A DNA stretch of 64,000 nucleotides. Origin: an uncultured Actinomycetes bacterium (lineage in GTDB: Bacteria; Actinomycetota; Acidimicrobiia; IMCC26256; PALSA-555). Below are positions 43,589-52,737 of the stretch, piece by piece. The stretch is taken from positions 82,026-146,025 of the forward strand of contig CAIUKV010000251.1 of the NCBI GenBank assembly GCA_903899845.1. Direction: 5' to 3'. The position numbers and the translations under genes are program-made. The notes below the pieces were generated by a model that ran no database searches, was not told the origin of the DNA, and saw only the letters and a program-made list of their open reading frames with translations. Position 1 is the first letter of the stretch, and every line of letters starts with the position of its first letter.

Positions 43589-45322
43589 ATGCTGATCCGT
43601 CTCCTGCGTACCTTCGGTCGGCCCTACGTCCGGCCCCTGCTCCTCGTCCTCGCGCTGACCTGCGTCCAGGTGGTCGGGCAGCTGCTGCTCCCCTCGCTCA
43701 ACGCCGACATCATCGACCGCGGGGTGCTGGCCGGCGACACCGCCTACATCTGGCGGGCCGGCGGGGAGATGCTGCTCATCACGGTGCTCCAGGCCGGGAT
43801 CGCGATCGTGGCCGTGTTCTACGGCAGTCGCGTCGCCATGGCCTTCGGGCGCGACGTCCGCCAGGCGCTGTTCCACCAGGTCACCGGCTTCTCGGCCCAG
43901 GACGTCGCCCGGTTCGGGGCCCCGTCGCTCATCACCCGGATCACCAACGACGTCTCCCAGGTCCAGATCCTGGTGCTGATGTCGTGCACCCTCCTGCTCG
44001 CCGCACCCATCACCATCGTCGGCGGGGTCGTGATGGCCCTGCGCGAGGACCCGCCCCTGACCCTGATCCTGGTGGTGGCGGTCCCGGTGCTGCTCGTCGC
44101 CATCGGTGCGGTGATCGCCCGGATGATCCCCCAGTTCCAGGTCATGCAGGTCCGCATCGACCGCATCAACGAGGTCCTGCGCGAGCAGATCACCGGCATG
44201 CGGGTCGTGCGGGCCTTCGTGCGCGAGCCCGAGGAGACCGAGCGCTTCGGGGCGGCCAACGCCGACCTGACCGAGACCTCGCTCGTCACCGGGCGGCTGA
44301 TGGCCCTGATGTTCCCGACCGTGATGCTGGTCGTGAACTCCGCCAGCGTCGCCGCGGTCTGGGTCGGTGCCGACCGGATCGAGGCCGGGGTCATGCCGGT
44401 GGGCGCGCTCGTCGCCTTCATCAGCTACCTGATCCTCGTGCTGATGTCGGTGATGATGGCGACCTGGGTCGCGTTCCTCACCCCACGCGCCGCGGTGAGC
44501 GCCGAGCGCATCGAGGAGATCCTCGGTGCCCCTTCGACCATCGCCGCCCGTCCCGGGGCGCGCACGTCCCTGACCGGCGAGACGACGGTCGAGTTCCGCG
44601 ACGTCGAGTTCCGCTACCCGGGCGCCGAGCACGCCGTCCTCGACGGCATCACGTTCTCGGCGCGTGCGGGCGAGACCGTCGCCGTCATCGGGAGCACCGG
44701 TGCCGGCAAGACCACCCTCTGCAACCTGGTGCCCCGGCTCTACGACGTGACCCGCGGGGCGGTGCTGGTCAACGGGGTCGACGTGCGCGACATCGAGCCC
44801 GAGACCCTCTGGGCCCACATCGGGCTCGTCCCCCAGAAGCCGTACCTGTTCTCCGGGACCGTGGGGACCAACCTGCGCCACGCCGACCCCGAGGCGACCG
44901 ACGAGGACTGCTGGTGGGCGCTGGGCATCGCCCAGGCCGCCGAGTTCGTCGCCGCGATGCCCGACGGGCTCGCGGCCCGCATCGCCCAGGGCGGCTCGAA
45001 CGTGTCGGGCGGCCAGCGCCAGCGCCTCGCCATCGCCCGGGCCCTGGTGCGCCGCCCCGCGGTCTACCTCTTCGACGACTCGTTCTCGGCCCTCGACCTG
45101 GCCACCGACGCCCGCCTCCGGGCCGCCCTCGCCCCGGTCACGCGTGACGCGGTCACCCTGGTCGTCGCCCAGCGGGTCTCGACCATCCGCCACGCCGACC
45201 GGATCCTCGTCCTCGAGCACGGCGAGCAGGTCGGCCTCGGCACCCACGAGGAGCTGCTCGACTCCTGCCCGACCTACGCCGAGATCGTCGAGTCCCAGCT
45301 CACCCGGGAGGAGGCCCGATGA
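43589..45322 (+). CDS. ABC exporter, fused permease/ATPase subunit 1
   Basis: Six TM segments, then GSTGAGKTT (Walker A), VSGGQRQR (signature) and LFDDSFSALD (Walker B). Confidence 0.9.
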   Translation: MLIRLLRTFGRPYVRPLLLVLALTCVQVVGQLLLPSLNADIIDRGVLAGDTAYIWRAGGEMLLITVLQAGIAIVAVFYGSRVAMAFGRDVRQALFHQVTGFSAQDVARFGAPSLITRITNDVSQVQILVLMSCTLLLAAPITIVGGVVMALREDPPLTLILVVAVPVLLVAIGAVIARMIPQFQVMQVRIDRINEVLREQITGMRVVRAFVREPEETERFGAANADLTETSLVTGRLMALMFPTVMLVVNSASVAAVWVGADRIEAGVMPVGALVAFISYLILVLMSVMMATWVAFLTPRAAVSAERIEEILGAPSTIAARPGARTSLTGETTVEFRDVEFRYPGAEHAVLDGITFSARAGETVAVIGSTGAGKTTLCNLVPRLYDVTRGAVLVNGVDVRDIEPETLWAHIGLVPQKPYLFSGTVGTNLRHADPEATDEDCWWALGIAQAAEFVAAMPDGLAARIAQGGSNVSGGQRQRLAIARALVRRPAVYLFDDSFSALDLATDARLRAALAPVTRDAVTLVVAQRVSTIRHADRILVLEHGEQVGLGTHEELLDSCPTYAEIVESQLTREEAR

Positions 45323-47265
45323 CCGACGACGACGCCTCCCGCGGGAGCACCGGGAACGGCGCCGGGCGACCCGCCCCCGCCCCGCCGCAGCCCGCGTCGC
45401 CGCCGGCCGTGGCGGGCGACCAGACCGACGAGGAGATGATCCGGGGCGCCCGCCCCGAGATGGGCAAGCTCACCGCAGCCGCGATGCCGCTCGAGAAGTC
45501 GAAGGACTTCCGGACCGCGTCGCGGCGCCTCCTGAGCCGGCTCGCGCCCGAGCGGATCCGGGTCGGCTTCGTGCTCGTGTGCGGGGTGGCGAGCGTCGCA
45601 CTGATGGTGGCCGGACCCCGCATCCTCGGGCACGCCACCAACCTCGTGGTCGACGGAGTGACCGACGGCGGGGTCGACTTCGGCGCCCTGCACCGGACGC
45701 TCGGCGTCGCGCTGGCGGTGTACGTCGGCGGATCCCTCCTCGCCGTCCTGCAGAACCGCACGCTCGCGGGGGTCGTGCAGCGAGCCATGGGCGTCCTGCG
45801 CGGTGACGTGGAGGCGAAGCTCCACCGGATGCCGCTGGCCCACGTCGACCGTCAGCCCCGCGGCGACCTTCTGAGCCGGGTCACCAACGACATCGACAAC
45901 CTCGCTCAGAGCCTCCAGCAGACGCTGAGCATGATGCTCACCTCCACGCTGACCCTGCTCGGCGTCACGGTGATGATGTTCACGATCTCGCCCATCCTCG
46001 CGGTGATCGCGCTCGTGACCATCCCCCTGTCGATGCTCACCCTCAAGCAGATCACCAAGCGCTCCAAGCGGCTGTTCATCGACCAGTGGCGCCACACCGG
46101 CATGCTCAACGCGCAGATCGAGGAGGCCTTCACCGGGCACTCGCTCGTGAAGGTGTTCGGTCGGCAGGCCGACACCGAGGCGAAGTTCGACGCCAAGAAC
46201 GACGAGCTCTTCACCGCCAGCCACGGCGCGCAGTTCGTGTCGGGGATGGTGCAGCCGATCATGATGCTGTTCGGCAACCTGAACTACGTCGCCATCGCCC
46301 TGATCGGCGGGCTGCGGGTCGCGTCGGGCCAGATGAGCATCGGCGACATCCAGGCGTTCATCCAGTACTCCCGGCAGTTCACCCAGCCGCTGACCCAGCT
46401 CGCCTCGATGGTCAACATCATGCAGTCGGGGATCGCCTCGGCCGAGCGGGTCTTCGAGCTGCTCGACGCCCCCGAGGAGGTCGAGGGCGACGTGCGTCCC
46501 GTCCCCACGGCCGGCTTCCGGGGTCGGGTCGTGTTCGACCGGGTCTCCTTCGCCTACGACCCGGCCCGGCCCCTGATCCAGGACCTCTCCCTCGTCGCCG
46601 AGCCCGGACAGACGGTGGCGATCGTGGGCCCGACCGGCGCGGGCAAGACGACGCTGGTCAACCTCGTCATGCGCTTCTACGACGTGATCGCGGGCGCGAT
46701 CACCCTCGACGGCATCGACATCGCAACCCTGCGCCGCGCCGACCTGCGGGCCCAGATCGGCATGGTGCTCCAGGACACCTGGCTGTTCGGCGGGACGATC
46801 CGCGACAACATCGCCTACGGGAACCCGGCGGCGACCGACGAGCAGATCCAGGCCGCGGCCCGGGCGACCTACGTCGACCGCTTCGCGCGCTCGCTCCCCC
46901 TCGGCTACGACACCGTCCTCGACGACGAGGGCGGTGCGGTCAGCGCCGGCGAGAAGCAGCTCATCACGATCGCCCGGGCGTTCCTCGCCGACCCGACCAT
47001 CCTCATCCTCGACGAGGCCACGAGCTCCGTCGACACCCGCACCGAGGTCCTGATCCAACGGGCCATGGCCGCGCTGCGCTCCAACCGGACCTCGTTCGTG
47101 ATCGCCCACCGCCTCTCGACCATCCGCGACGCCGACACCATCCTGGTGATGGAGCACGGCCGGATCGTCGAGCAGGGCACCCACGACCAGCTCCTGCTGC
47201 GCGAGGGTGCCTACGCCCGGCTCTACCAGGCCCAGTTCTCGGCGCCGGCGGTCGAGGTCGCCTGA
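45319..47265 (+). CDS. ABC exporter, fused permease/ATPase subunit 2
   Basis: GPTGAGKTT, SAGEKQL, ILILDEATSSVD. ATGA overlap with subunit 1, so a heterodimeric exporter is likely. Confidence 0.9.
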   Translation: MTDDDASRGSTGNGAGRPAPAPPQPASPPAVAGDQTDEEMIRGARPEMGKLTAAAMPLEKSKDFRTASRRLLSRLAPERIRVGFVLVCGVASVALMVAGPRILGHATNLVVDGVTDGGVDFGALHRTLGVALAVYVGGSLLAVLQNRTLAGVVQRAMGVLRGDVEAKLHRMPLAHVDRQPRGDLLSRVTNDIDNLAQSLQQTLSMMLTSTLTLLGVTVMMFTISPILAVIALVTIPLSMLTLKQITKRSKRLFIDQWRHTGMLNAQIEEAFTGHSLVKVFGRQADTEAKFDAKNDELFTASHGAQFVSGMVQPIMMLFGNLNYVAIALIGGLRVASGQMSIGDIQAFIQYSRQFTQPLTQLASMVNIMQSGIASAERVFELLDAPEEVEGDVRPVPTAGFRGRVVFDRVSFAYDPARPLIQDLSLVAEPGQTVAIVGPTGAGKTTLVNLVMRFYDVIAGAITLDGIDIATLRRADLRAQIGMVLQDTWLFGGTIRDNIAYGNPAATDEQIQAAARATYVDRFARSLPLGYDTVLDDEGGAVSAGEKQLITIARAFLADPTILILDEATSSVDTRTEVLIQRAMAALRSNRTSFVIAHRLSTIRDADTILVMEHGRIVEQGTHDQLLLREGAYARLYQAQFSAPAVEVA

Positions 47266-47285
47266 TCCCCGGACCGGGCCGCGGG

Positions 47286-47291
47286 TAGCGT
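47286..47291 (+). promoter_or_regulatory. -10-like TAGCGT, 7 nt before GTG 47299
   Basis: TANNNT-N7-GTG. Confidence 0.4.
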
Positions 47292-47298
47292 CGCACCC

Positions 47299-47991
47299 GT
47301 GGCCGACGTCGTCCTGGTCCCCGGCGCCTACCACGGGGCGTGGTGCTGGCGGAAGGTGACCCCGCACCTCGAGGCGGCCGGGCACCGGGTCCACCCCCTG
47401 GCCCTCACCGGGCTCGGCGAACGCGCTGCGGACCTCGGTCCCGTCGTCGACCTGTCGACCCACGTCGACGACGTGGTGGCCGCCCTCCACGCGACCGGAT
47501 CCGACGCGGTCGTGCTCGTCGCCCACTCCTACGGCGGCGCCCCGGCCGTGGGTGCCGCCGACCGCTGCGCCGACCGGATCGCCGCCCTGGTGCTGCTCGA
47601 CGCGTTGCTGCCCGTCGACGGTTGCTCGTTCGACGACCTGCGGGAGCGGGCGACGCCCGGCTGGGCGATGGACCGCTCCGATCCCGTCGCGATCCCGGTG
47701 CCGTCGTCGGCGGTCTTCGGCATCCCCGAGGCCGACCGGGCCGAGGTGGAGGCACTCCTCACCCCCCACCCGGCCGCCACGCTGCGCGAACCCAGCGTGC
47801 TCACCGGGGCCTACGACCGGATCGCGGTGCGTCACCACCACCGGGCCCTCGGCTACCCGGCGCCGTACTTCGACGATTCCTCGACCCGGGCCGCCGCCGC
47901 CGGATGGGTCGTCGCCCACCACGACCTCCCCCACGACATGATGTGGACGCACCCCGACTGGACCGCCGCCGCGATCCTGGCCGCCGCCTGA
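47299..47991 (+). CDS. Alpha/beta hydrolase (methylesterase/SABP2-like)
   Basis: VVLVPGAYHGAWCW...VLVAHSYGG nucleophile elbow. TAGCGT-N7-GTG. Confidence 0.75.
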   Translation: MADVVLVPGAYHGAWCWRKVTPHLEAAGHRVHPLALTGLGERAADLGPVVDLSTHVDDVVAALHATGSDAVVLVAHSYGGAPAVGAADRCADRIAALVLLDALLPVDGCSFDDLRERATPGWAMDRSDPVAIPVPSSAVFGIPEADRAEVEALLTPHPAATLREPSVLTGAYDRIAVRHHHRALGYPAPYFDDSSTRAAAAGWVVAHHDLPHDMMWTHPDWTAAAILAAA

Positions 47992-48016
47992 GCCCGCCCG
48001 AGCCCGCCCGAGCCCC
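47990..48016. repeat. 10-bp tandem repeat, about 2.7 copies (GAGCCCGCCC)
   Basis: Starts inside the stop codon of the alpha/beta hydrolase gene. Confidence 0.8.
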
Positions 48017-48027
48017 GTCCCACGGGG
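48013..48027 (+). terminator. Small hairpin after the alpha/beta hydrolase gene
   Basis: CCCCGT-ccc-ACGGGG. Confidence 0.25.
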
Positions 48028-48089
48028 GCGACAGCGGCCCGTCCGGGATGCCAAGATCACCCGGAGCCCGCACGCCCCGAGGAGGCCTC

Positions 48090-49115
48090 ATGCTCGCAGC
48101 CCGCATGGACGAGGGCACGCTCCGGATCGGCGAGGTCGACACGCCGGCCCCCGGCCCCGACCAGGCGCTGGTCCGCCTCACCGCCGCCGGGGTCTGCCAC
48201 TCCGACCTGCACCTCGCCCGCGGCGACTGGATCGGCGTGCCCGGCACCGGCCCGCTCGGCCACGAGGGCATCGGCACGGTCGAGGCGCTCGGACCCGGCG
48301 CGGAGCGGTGGGTCTCCCCCGGCGACCGGGTGATCCTCGGCCTCGGCGGGGCGGGCGGGGCGTACTGGTGCGGTGCCTGCGAGTACTGCCTCGGCGGCGA
48401 GCCCCGCCTCTGCGACCACGCCCAGGCCCTGATGGGCACCTTCGCCGAGTACCTCCCGGTCCACGCCCCCGCCCTGGTGCGACTGCCCGACGGGGTCGGC
48501 GACCACGAGGCCCCGCTCGCGTGCGGTGGCCTCACCGCCTACGGCGCGGTGAAGAAGCTGATCGACCACCACGTGATGCCGGGGCGACGGGTCGCGATCA
48601 TCGGCGCCGCCGGTGGCCTCGGGCACTATGCGGTGCAGATCGCGCACGCCTTCGGGTACGAGGTGGTCGGCGTCGACGTCGGGGCCGACCGCCTCGACTT
48701 CGTGAAATCGATCGGCGCCGACCTCGCGGTCGACGCCACCGACGCCGCGGCGACGATCCTCGGGCTCGGCGGGGTCGACGCGTCGATCGTGTTCTCGGCG
48801 AAGATGGCCGGCTTCGACCTCGGCTTCAACGTGTTGCGCAAGGGCGGCCTGTTCGTGGCCGTCGCCCTGCCCGCCTCGAGCGAGGGGAACTTCTCGGTCA
48901 ACCCGTTCGCCTTCTTCGCCAAGGGGGCCACGCTCATCTACTCCGCCGTGGGCACGGTGGCCGACATGCGCGACCTGGTGCGGCTCGCGGCGGCCGGGAA
49001 GGTCCGCACCCACGTCGGCCGCGTCGGGACCCTCACCGAGCTCGACGCGATCTTCGACGAGCTCGAGACCGGCGCCTACGTCGGTCGCGCGGTGATCACC
49101 GACCTGGGCCGCTGA
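48090..49115 (+). CDS. Zn-dependent alcohol dehydrogenase (MDR family)
   Basis: GVCHSDLH, GHEGIGTV, CGACEYCLGGEPRLC (structural Zn), IIGAAGGLGH. GAGGAGG SD sequence. Confidence 0.9.
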   Translation: MLAARMDEGTLRIGEVDTPAPGPDQALVRLTAAGVCHSDLHLARGDWIGVPGTGPLGHEGIGTVEALGPGAERWVSPGDRVILGLGGAGGAYWCGACEYCLGGEPRLCDHAQALMGTFAEYLPVHAPALVRLPDGVGDHEAPLACGGLTAYGAVKKLIDHHVMPGRRVAIIGAAGGLGHYAVQIAHAFGYEVVGVDVGADRLDFVKSIGADLAVDATDAAATILGLGGVDASIVFSAKMAGFDLGFNVLRKGGLFVAVALPASSEGNFSVNPFAFFAKGATLIYSAVGTVADMRDLVRLAAAGKVRTHVGRVGTLTELDAIFDELETGAYVGRAVITDLGR

Positions 49116-49143
49116 GCCGGACGGCGCGCCGGCCCGGTCCGGG

Positions 49144-49605
49144 TCACCAGACCCGGTCGGGCGGGGGCGCCTGCATCGTGGGCGGCGGACGCCATCCGCT
49201 GGCCCGGATCTGGGCGCCGAGATTGCTCTCGCTGAAGTGGTCGACCTCGCGCGAGAACCGACCGTCACCGGCGTAGTCGAGGACCGAGACGCCGTCGACG
49301 TCCCAGTGGCCGCCGTCGGGGCGTCGCCCCGGGAGCCGGTTCGCGAAGCCGAGCACGACCCGGTCACCGTCGATCATCTGCCACTGGTGCGGGAAGTCCC
49401 AGTCCTCCAGGCCCGCCATCGAGTCCCGGAGGAACGTGATCACCCGGTCGCGGCCTTCGTGGCGTCCCCAGACGGCGTCCACGAACACGACGTCGTCGGT
49501 GAAGACCTCGGCGAGGTCGCTCCACGGTCGCTCGCCGGCGCACGCGCCGCGGCGGATCTCCAGGTACCGCGCGATCGCGGCCTCGACCTCGGCTCGCTCC
49601 CCCAT
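49144..49605 (-). CDS. SnoaL-like / NTF2-fold protein
   Basis: IARYLEIRR...DVVFVDAVWGRHEGRDRVITFL. AGGAGGAG SD sequence. Confidence 0.7.
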   Translation of the reverse strand: MGERAEVEAAIARYLEIRRGACAGERPWSDLAEVFTDDVVFVDAVWGRHEGRDRVITFLRDSMAGLEDWDFPHQWQMIDGDRVVLGFANRLPGRRPDGGHWDVDGVSVLDYAGDGRFSREVDHFSESNLGAQIRASGWRPPPTMQAPPPDRVW

Positions 49606-49651
49606 CGGGCTCCTCCTGCCGTTCGTCGGACTCCGGCCCGGACCGGGCCCC

Positions 49652-50452
49652 TCAGGTCACCACCTCGGTCGCCCCGCCGTCCACCCGCAGGTGCAGGCCG
49701 TTGCAGTGCCAGGCGGGCTCCGACACGAGGAAGGCGACCACCCGCCCGATGTCGGTGGGGTGGGGCACGCGTCCGGTCGGGTTCCCCATCCGGCGCAGGA
49801 TCTCGGCCTCCACCGCGTCGGCGTCGGCGGGCGCGCCCCGGGCCCTGAGGCGCTCGGCCGCCCCGGCGACCACCTCGGCCGTCGCGATCACGCCCGGGCT
49901 CACGCAGTTCACCGTGATGCCGGTGCCCGCGAGGTGCTTGGCCAGGCTCACCGTGACCGACGGCAGCGCCCCCTTGGCCGCGTAGTACTCGGGCAGGCGG
50001 TCGCCCGGCCGGGTCGCGCCGATGGTCGAGACGAACACCACCCGCCCCCAGCCCGCCGCCCGCATGTCGGGCAGGAAGGCCTGCGTGACCCGGACCGCGC
50101 TCACCACGTTGTGCTCGTAGCTCCCGTGCCACGACGCGGTGTCGGAGTCGTCCCAGTCGCTCCCCTCGGGCACGCCGTAGTTGTTCACGACCACGTCGAC
50201 CCGGGGGACGACGGCCCGCACCGCCGCGACCAGGGCCGCGGTCCCCGCCTCGGTCCGCACGTCCCCGGTCACGGCGTGGGCCACGCCCCCCGCCGCGGTG
50301 AGCGTCGCCACGACCGGTGCCGCCGGGCCCGGCTCGTGCTCCTGGACGAGCACGGTCGCCCCTTCGGCCGCGAGCACCTCGGCGATCCCCGCCCCGGTCC
50401 CCCGGAACGCACCGGTCACGAGGGCGGTCCGTCCGCCGAGGCCGAGATCCAC
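49652..50452 (-). CDS. SDR-family oxidoreductase
   Basis: TALVTGAFRGTGAG, NNYG, YYAAKGAL (Y-x3-K), ITVNCVSPG. Confidence 0.85.
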   Translation of the reverse strand: MDLGLGGRTALVTGAFRGTGAGIAEVLAAEGATVLVQEHEPGPAAPVVATLTAAGGVAHAVTGDVRTEAGTAALVAAVRAVVPRVDVVVNNYGVPEGSDWDDSDTASWHGSYEHNVVSAVRVTQAFLPDMRAAGWGRVVFVSTIGATRPGDRLPEYYAAKGALPSVTVSLAKHLAGTGITVNCVSPGVIATAEVVAGAAERLRARGAPADADAVEAEILRRMGNPTGRVPHPTDIGRVVAFLVSEPAWHCNGLHLRVDGGATEVVT

Positions 50453-50554
50453 GTCCCTTCTCTAGCCGATCACGCCGCCGGGCTCCACTAGGGTTCGCGC
50501 CGTCACGCCGCACACCGGGCACACCCGGGCCGGACGCACCAGGGGGGTCGCACG

Positions 50555-52273
50555 ATGCTGGACGTGGTCATCAGGGGTGGCGAGGTCGTCGACGGCACGG
50601 GGGCACCCCGCCGCCGGGCCGACGTCGGGATCAAGGACGGTCGCATCGTCCAGATCGGCACGGTCGACGCCGAGGCCGCCGTCACCGTCGACGCCACCGG
50701 CAAGCTGGTCGCTCCCGGGTTCGTCGACGTGCACACCCACTTCGACGCCCAGGTGTTCTGGGACAACGCCCTCACCCCGTCGCCCCTCCACGGGGTGACC
50801 ACGGCGTTCGCCGGCAACTGCGGCTTCACCGTCGCCCCGCTGTCCGACGACCCGGCCGACGCCGACTACCTCCTGCGGATGCTGGCCCGGGTGGAGGGCA
50901 TGCCGGTCGAGACCCTGCGCACCGGGGTGCCGTGGAACTGGGTGTCGACCGCCGAGTACTTCGACCGCATCGAGTCGGCCGGCGTCGGGATCAACCTCGG
51001 CTTCATGGTCGGGCACTCGGCGATCCGCCGCGTGGTGATGGGCGCCGACGCGACCCGCCGCGAAGCCACCCCCGACGAGGTCGGCCGGATGCAGGCGCTC
51101 CTGCGGGCCGGCCTGGAGGCGGGCGGCATCGGCTTCTCGTCGTCGTACGCCCGCACGCACAACGACGCCGACGGCAACATGGTCCCGTCGCGCCACGCGA
51201 CGCTCGCCGAGCTCGTGGAGCTGGCCCGGGTCGCCGGTGAGTTCGAGGGCACCTCGCTCGAGATCATCCCGCAGGTCGGACCGTTCGACCAGTGGGCGAT
51301 CGACCTCATGGTCGACATGTCGGTCGCGGCCGGCCGTCCGATCAACTGGAACGTGATGGCCGTGTCGCCGTTCAACCGCGACGAGAACCAGGCCAAGCTC
51401 GCGGCGGGCGACCTCGCCCGGGCCCGGGGCGGGAAGGTCGTGGCCCTCACGATCCCGATCAGCCTCGGGACCCGCCTGTCGTTCGCCAGCGGGTTCATCC
51501 TCGACGCCATGCCCGGCTGGGAGGAGGCGATGGGCGCACCGCGCGACGCCAAGCTGGCCCTCCTCGCCGACGCCGACGCCCGGCGGGCGCTCGACGCCAG
51601 GGCCCAGGACCCGGCCAACCCCCTGCGGATGCTCGCCGACTGGAAGACCAAGATCGTGTTCGACGTCGTCGCCCCCGAGAACCAGCAGTACCGCGGGCTC
51701 TCGGTGGGCGAGATCGCGGCGCAGACCGGTCGCGACCCGTTCGACGCGCTGTGCGACATCGCCGTCGCCGACGAGCTGCTCACGAGCTTCGGCACGCCGA
51801 CCCCGGTGGAATCGGTCGACGACTGGAACGCCCGACTCGAGGTGTGGCGCGACGAGCGCGCCGTCATCGGGGCCTCCGACGCCGGCGCCCACTTCGACCT
51901 CCTCGGCTCCTTCAACTACACGACCGGGGTGCTCGGGCGGGCGGTGCGCCGCCACGGAGTGCTGTCGTTCGAGGAGGCGATCCACCTGATGACCCAGGTG
52001 CAGGCCGAGCTCTACGGGCTGCGCGAGCGCGGCGTGCTGCGCGAGGGATGGTTCGCCGACGTCATCGTGATCGACCCCGAGACGGTCGGCACCGACGACA
52101 TCGCGATGCGCTTCGACCTCCCGGGCGGTCAGGGTCGGCTCTACGCCGAGAGCACCGGCATCGACCACGTCCTCGTCAACGGCACGCCGATCGTCACCGA
52201 CGGCGTCCTCACGACGCAGCGGCCCGGCACGCTCCTGCGGGCCGGCCGCGACACCGCCACCCCGGCGCTCTGA
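50555..52273 (+). CDS. N-acyl-D-amino-acid deacylase family amidohydrolase, copy 3
   Basis: DVVIRGGEVVDGTGAP...GFVDVHTHFDAQVFWD...GNCGFTVAP. Confidence 0.85.
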   Translation: MLDVVIRGGEVVDGTGAPRRRADVGIKDGRIVQIGTVDAEAAVTVDATGKLVAPGFVDVHTHFDAQVFWDNALTPSPLHGVTTAFAGNCGFTVAPLSDDPADADYLLRMLARVEGMPVETLRTGVPWNWVSTAEYFDRIESAGVGINLGFMVGHSAIRRVVMGADATRREATPDEVGRMQALLRAGLEAGGIGFSSSYARTHNDADGNMVPSRHATLAELVELARVAGEFEGTSLEIIPQVGPFDQWAIDLMVDMSVAAGRPINWNVMAVSPFNRDENQAKLAAGDLARARGGKVVALTIPISLGTRLSFASGFILDAMPGWEEAMGAPRDAKLALLADADARRALDARAQDPANPLRMLADWKTKIVFDVVAPENQQYRGLSVGEIAAQTGRDPFDALCDIAVADELLTSFGTPTPVESVDDWNARLEVWRDERAVIGASDAGAHFDLLGSFNYTTGVLGRAVRRHGVLSFEEAIHLMTQVQAELYGLRERGVLREGWFADVIVIDPETVGTDDIAMRFDLPGGQGRLYAESTGIDHVLVNGTPIVTDGVLTTQRPGTLLRAGRDTATPAL

Positions 52274-52290
52274 CCCCGGTCCCGTCCCGG

Positions 52291-52362
52291 CCCCGATTCT
52301 TCGCCCCCGAACCCCGCCCCGAACCCCGCCCCGATTCTTCGCCCCCGAACCCCGCCCCGAAC
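52291..52362. repeat. Direct repeat x2, 38-bp period, with a 34-bp identical core (CCCCGATTCTTCGCCCCCGAACCCCGCCCCGAAC)
   Basis: 34/34 identity, read directly. Ends 3 nt before the SD sequence of the ABM gene. Confidence 0.9.
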
Positions 52363-52376
52363 CGCAGGAGGATCCC

Positions 52377-52673
52377 ATGGTGATCGTCGCCGGCCACTTC
52401 GTCGTCGACCCGGCCGACCAGGCCGCCTTCGTGGCCGGCCGGGTGGAGGCCATGCGGGTGACCCGGGAGGAGCCCGGCTGCCTGGAGTACGTCATGGCCG
52501 CCGACCCGCTCGACCCGGGCCGGGTGGTGCTCTACGAGCGCTGGGCCGACCAGGCGGCACTCGACGCCCACCTCGCCCTCCTGGCCGCCGGCGGGTCGCG
52601 GGCCACGGGTCCGGCGCCGCTCGGGTTCGAGGTCCGGGTCTACGACGTGGCGGGCGAGCGCAGCCTCGGCTGA
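52377..52673 (+). CDS. Antibiotic-biosynthesis-monooxygenase (ABM) domain protein
   Basis: 98 aa. EEPGCLEYVMAADPLDPGRVVLYERWADQAALDAHL. AGGAGGA SD sequence. Confidence 0.8.
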   Translation: MVIVAGHFVVDPADQAAFVAGRVEAMRVTREEPGCLEYVMAADPLDPGRVVLYERWADQAALDAHLALLAAGGSRATGPAPLGFEVRVYDVAGERSLG

Positions 52674-52676
52674 GCC

Positions 52677-52731
52677 GGCCCGGGGCCCCCGGGCCTCCAC
52701 CCACCGGCGCCCGCCCGCCGGTAGCCTTTTT
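52677..52731 (+). terminator. Two tandem hairpins, the second followed by TTTTT (intrinsic-terminator-like)
   Basis: GGCCCGG-ggccc-CCGGGCC (52677-52695), then ACCGGCG-cccgcc-CGCCGGT (52703-52722), then agccTTTTT. Confidence 0.55.
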
Positions 52732-52737
52732 GCCCTG

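Noticed and set aside
45274-48060. 928-aa antisense ORF opposite ABC subunit 2 and the alpha/beta hydrolase
   Set aside because: It is the longest shadow ORF in the window. It has no P-loop or other motifs, whereas the sense strand has complete ABC signatures.
50462-52495. 677-aa antisense ORF opposite D-aminoacylase 3
   Set aside because: It is a shadow ORF with R/G/D/V-rich low complexity.
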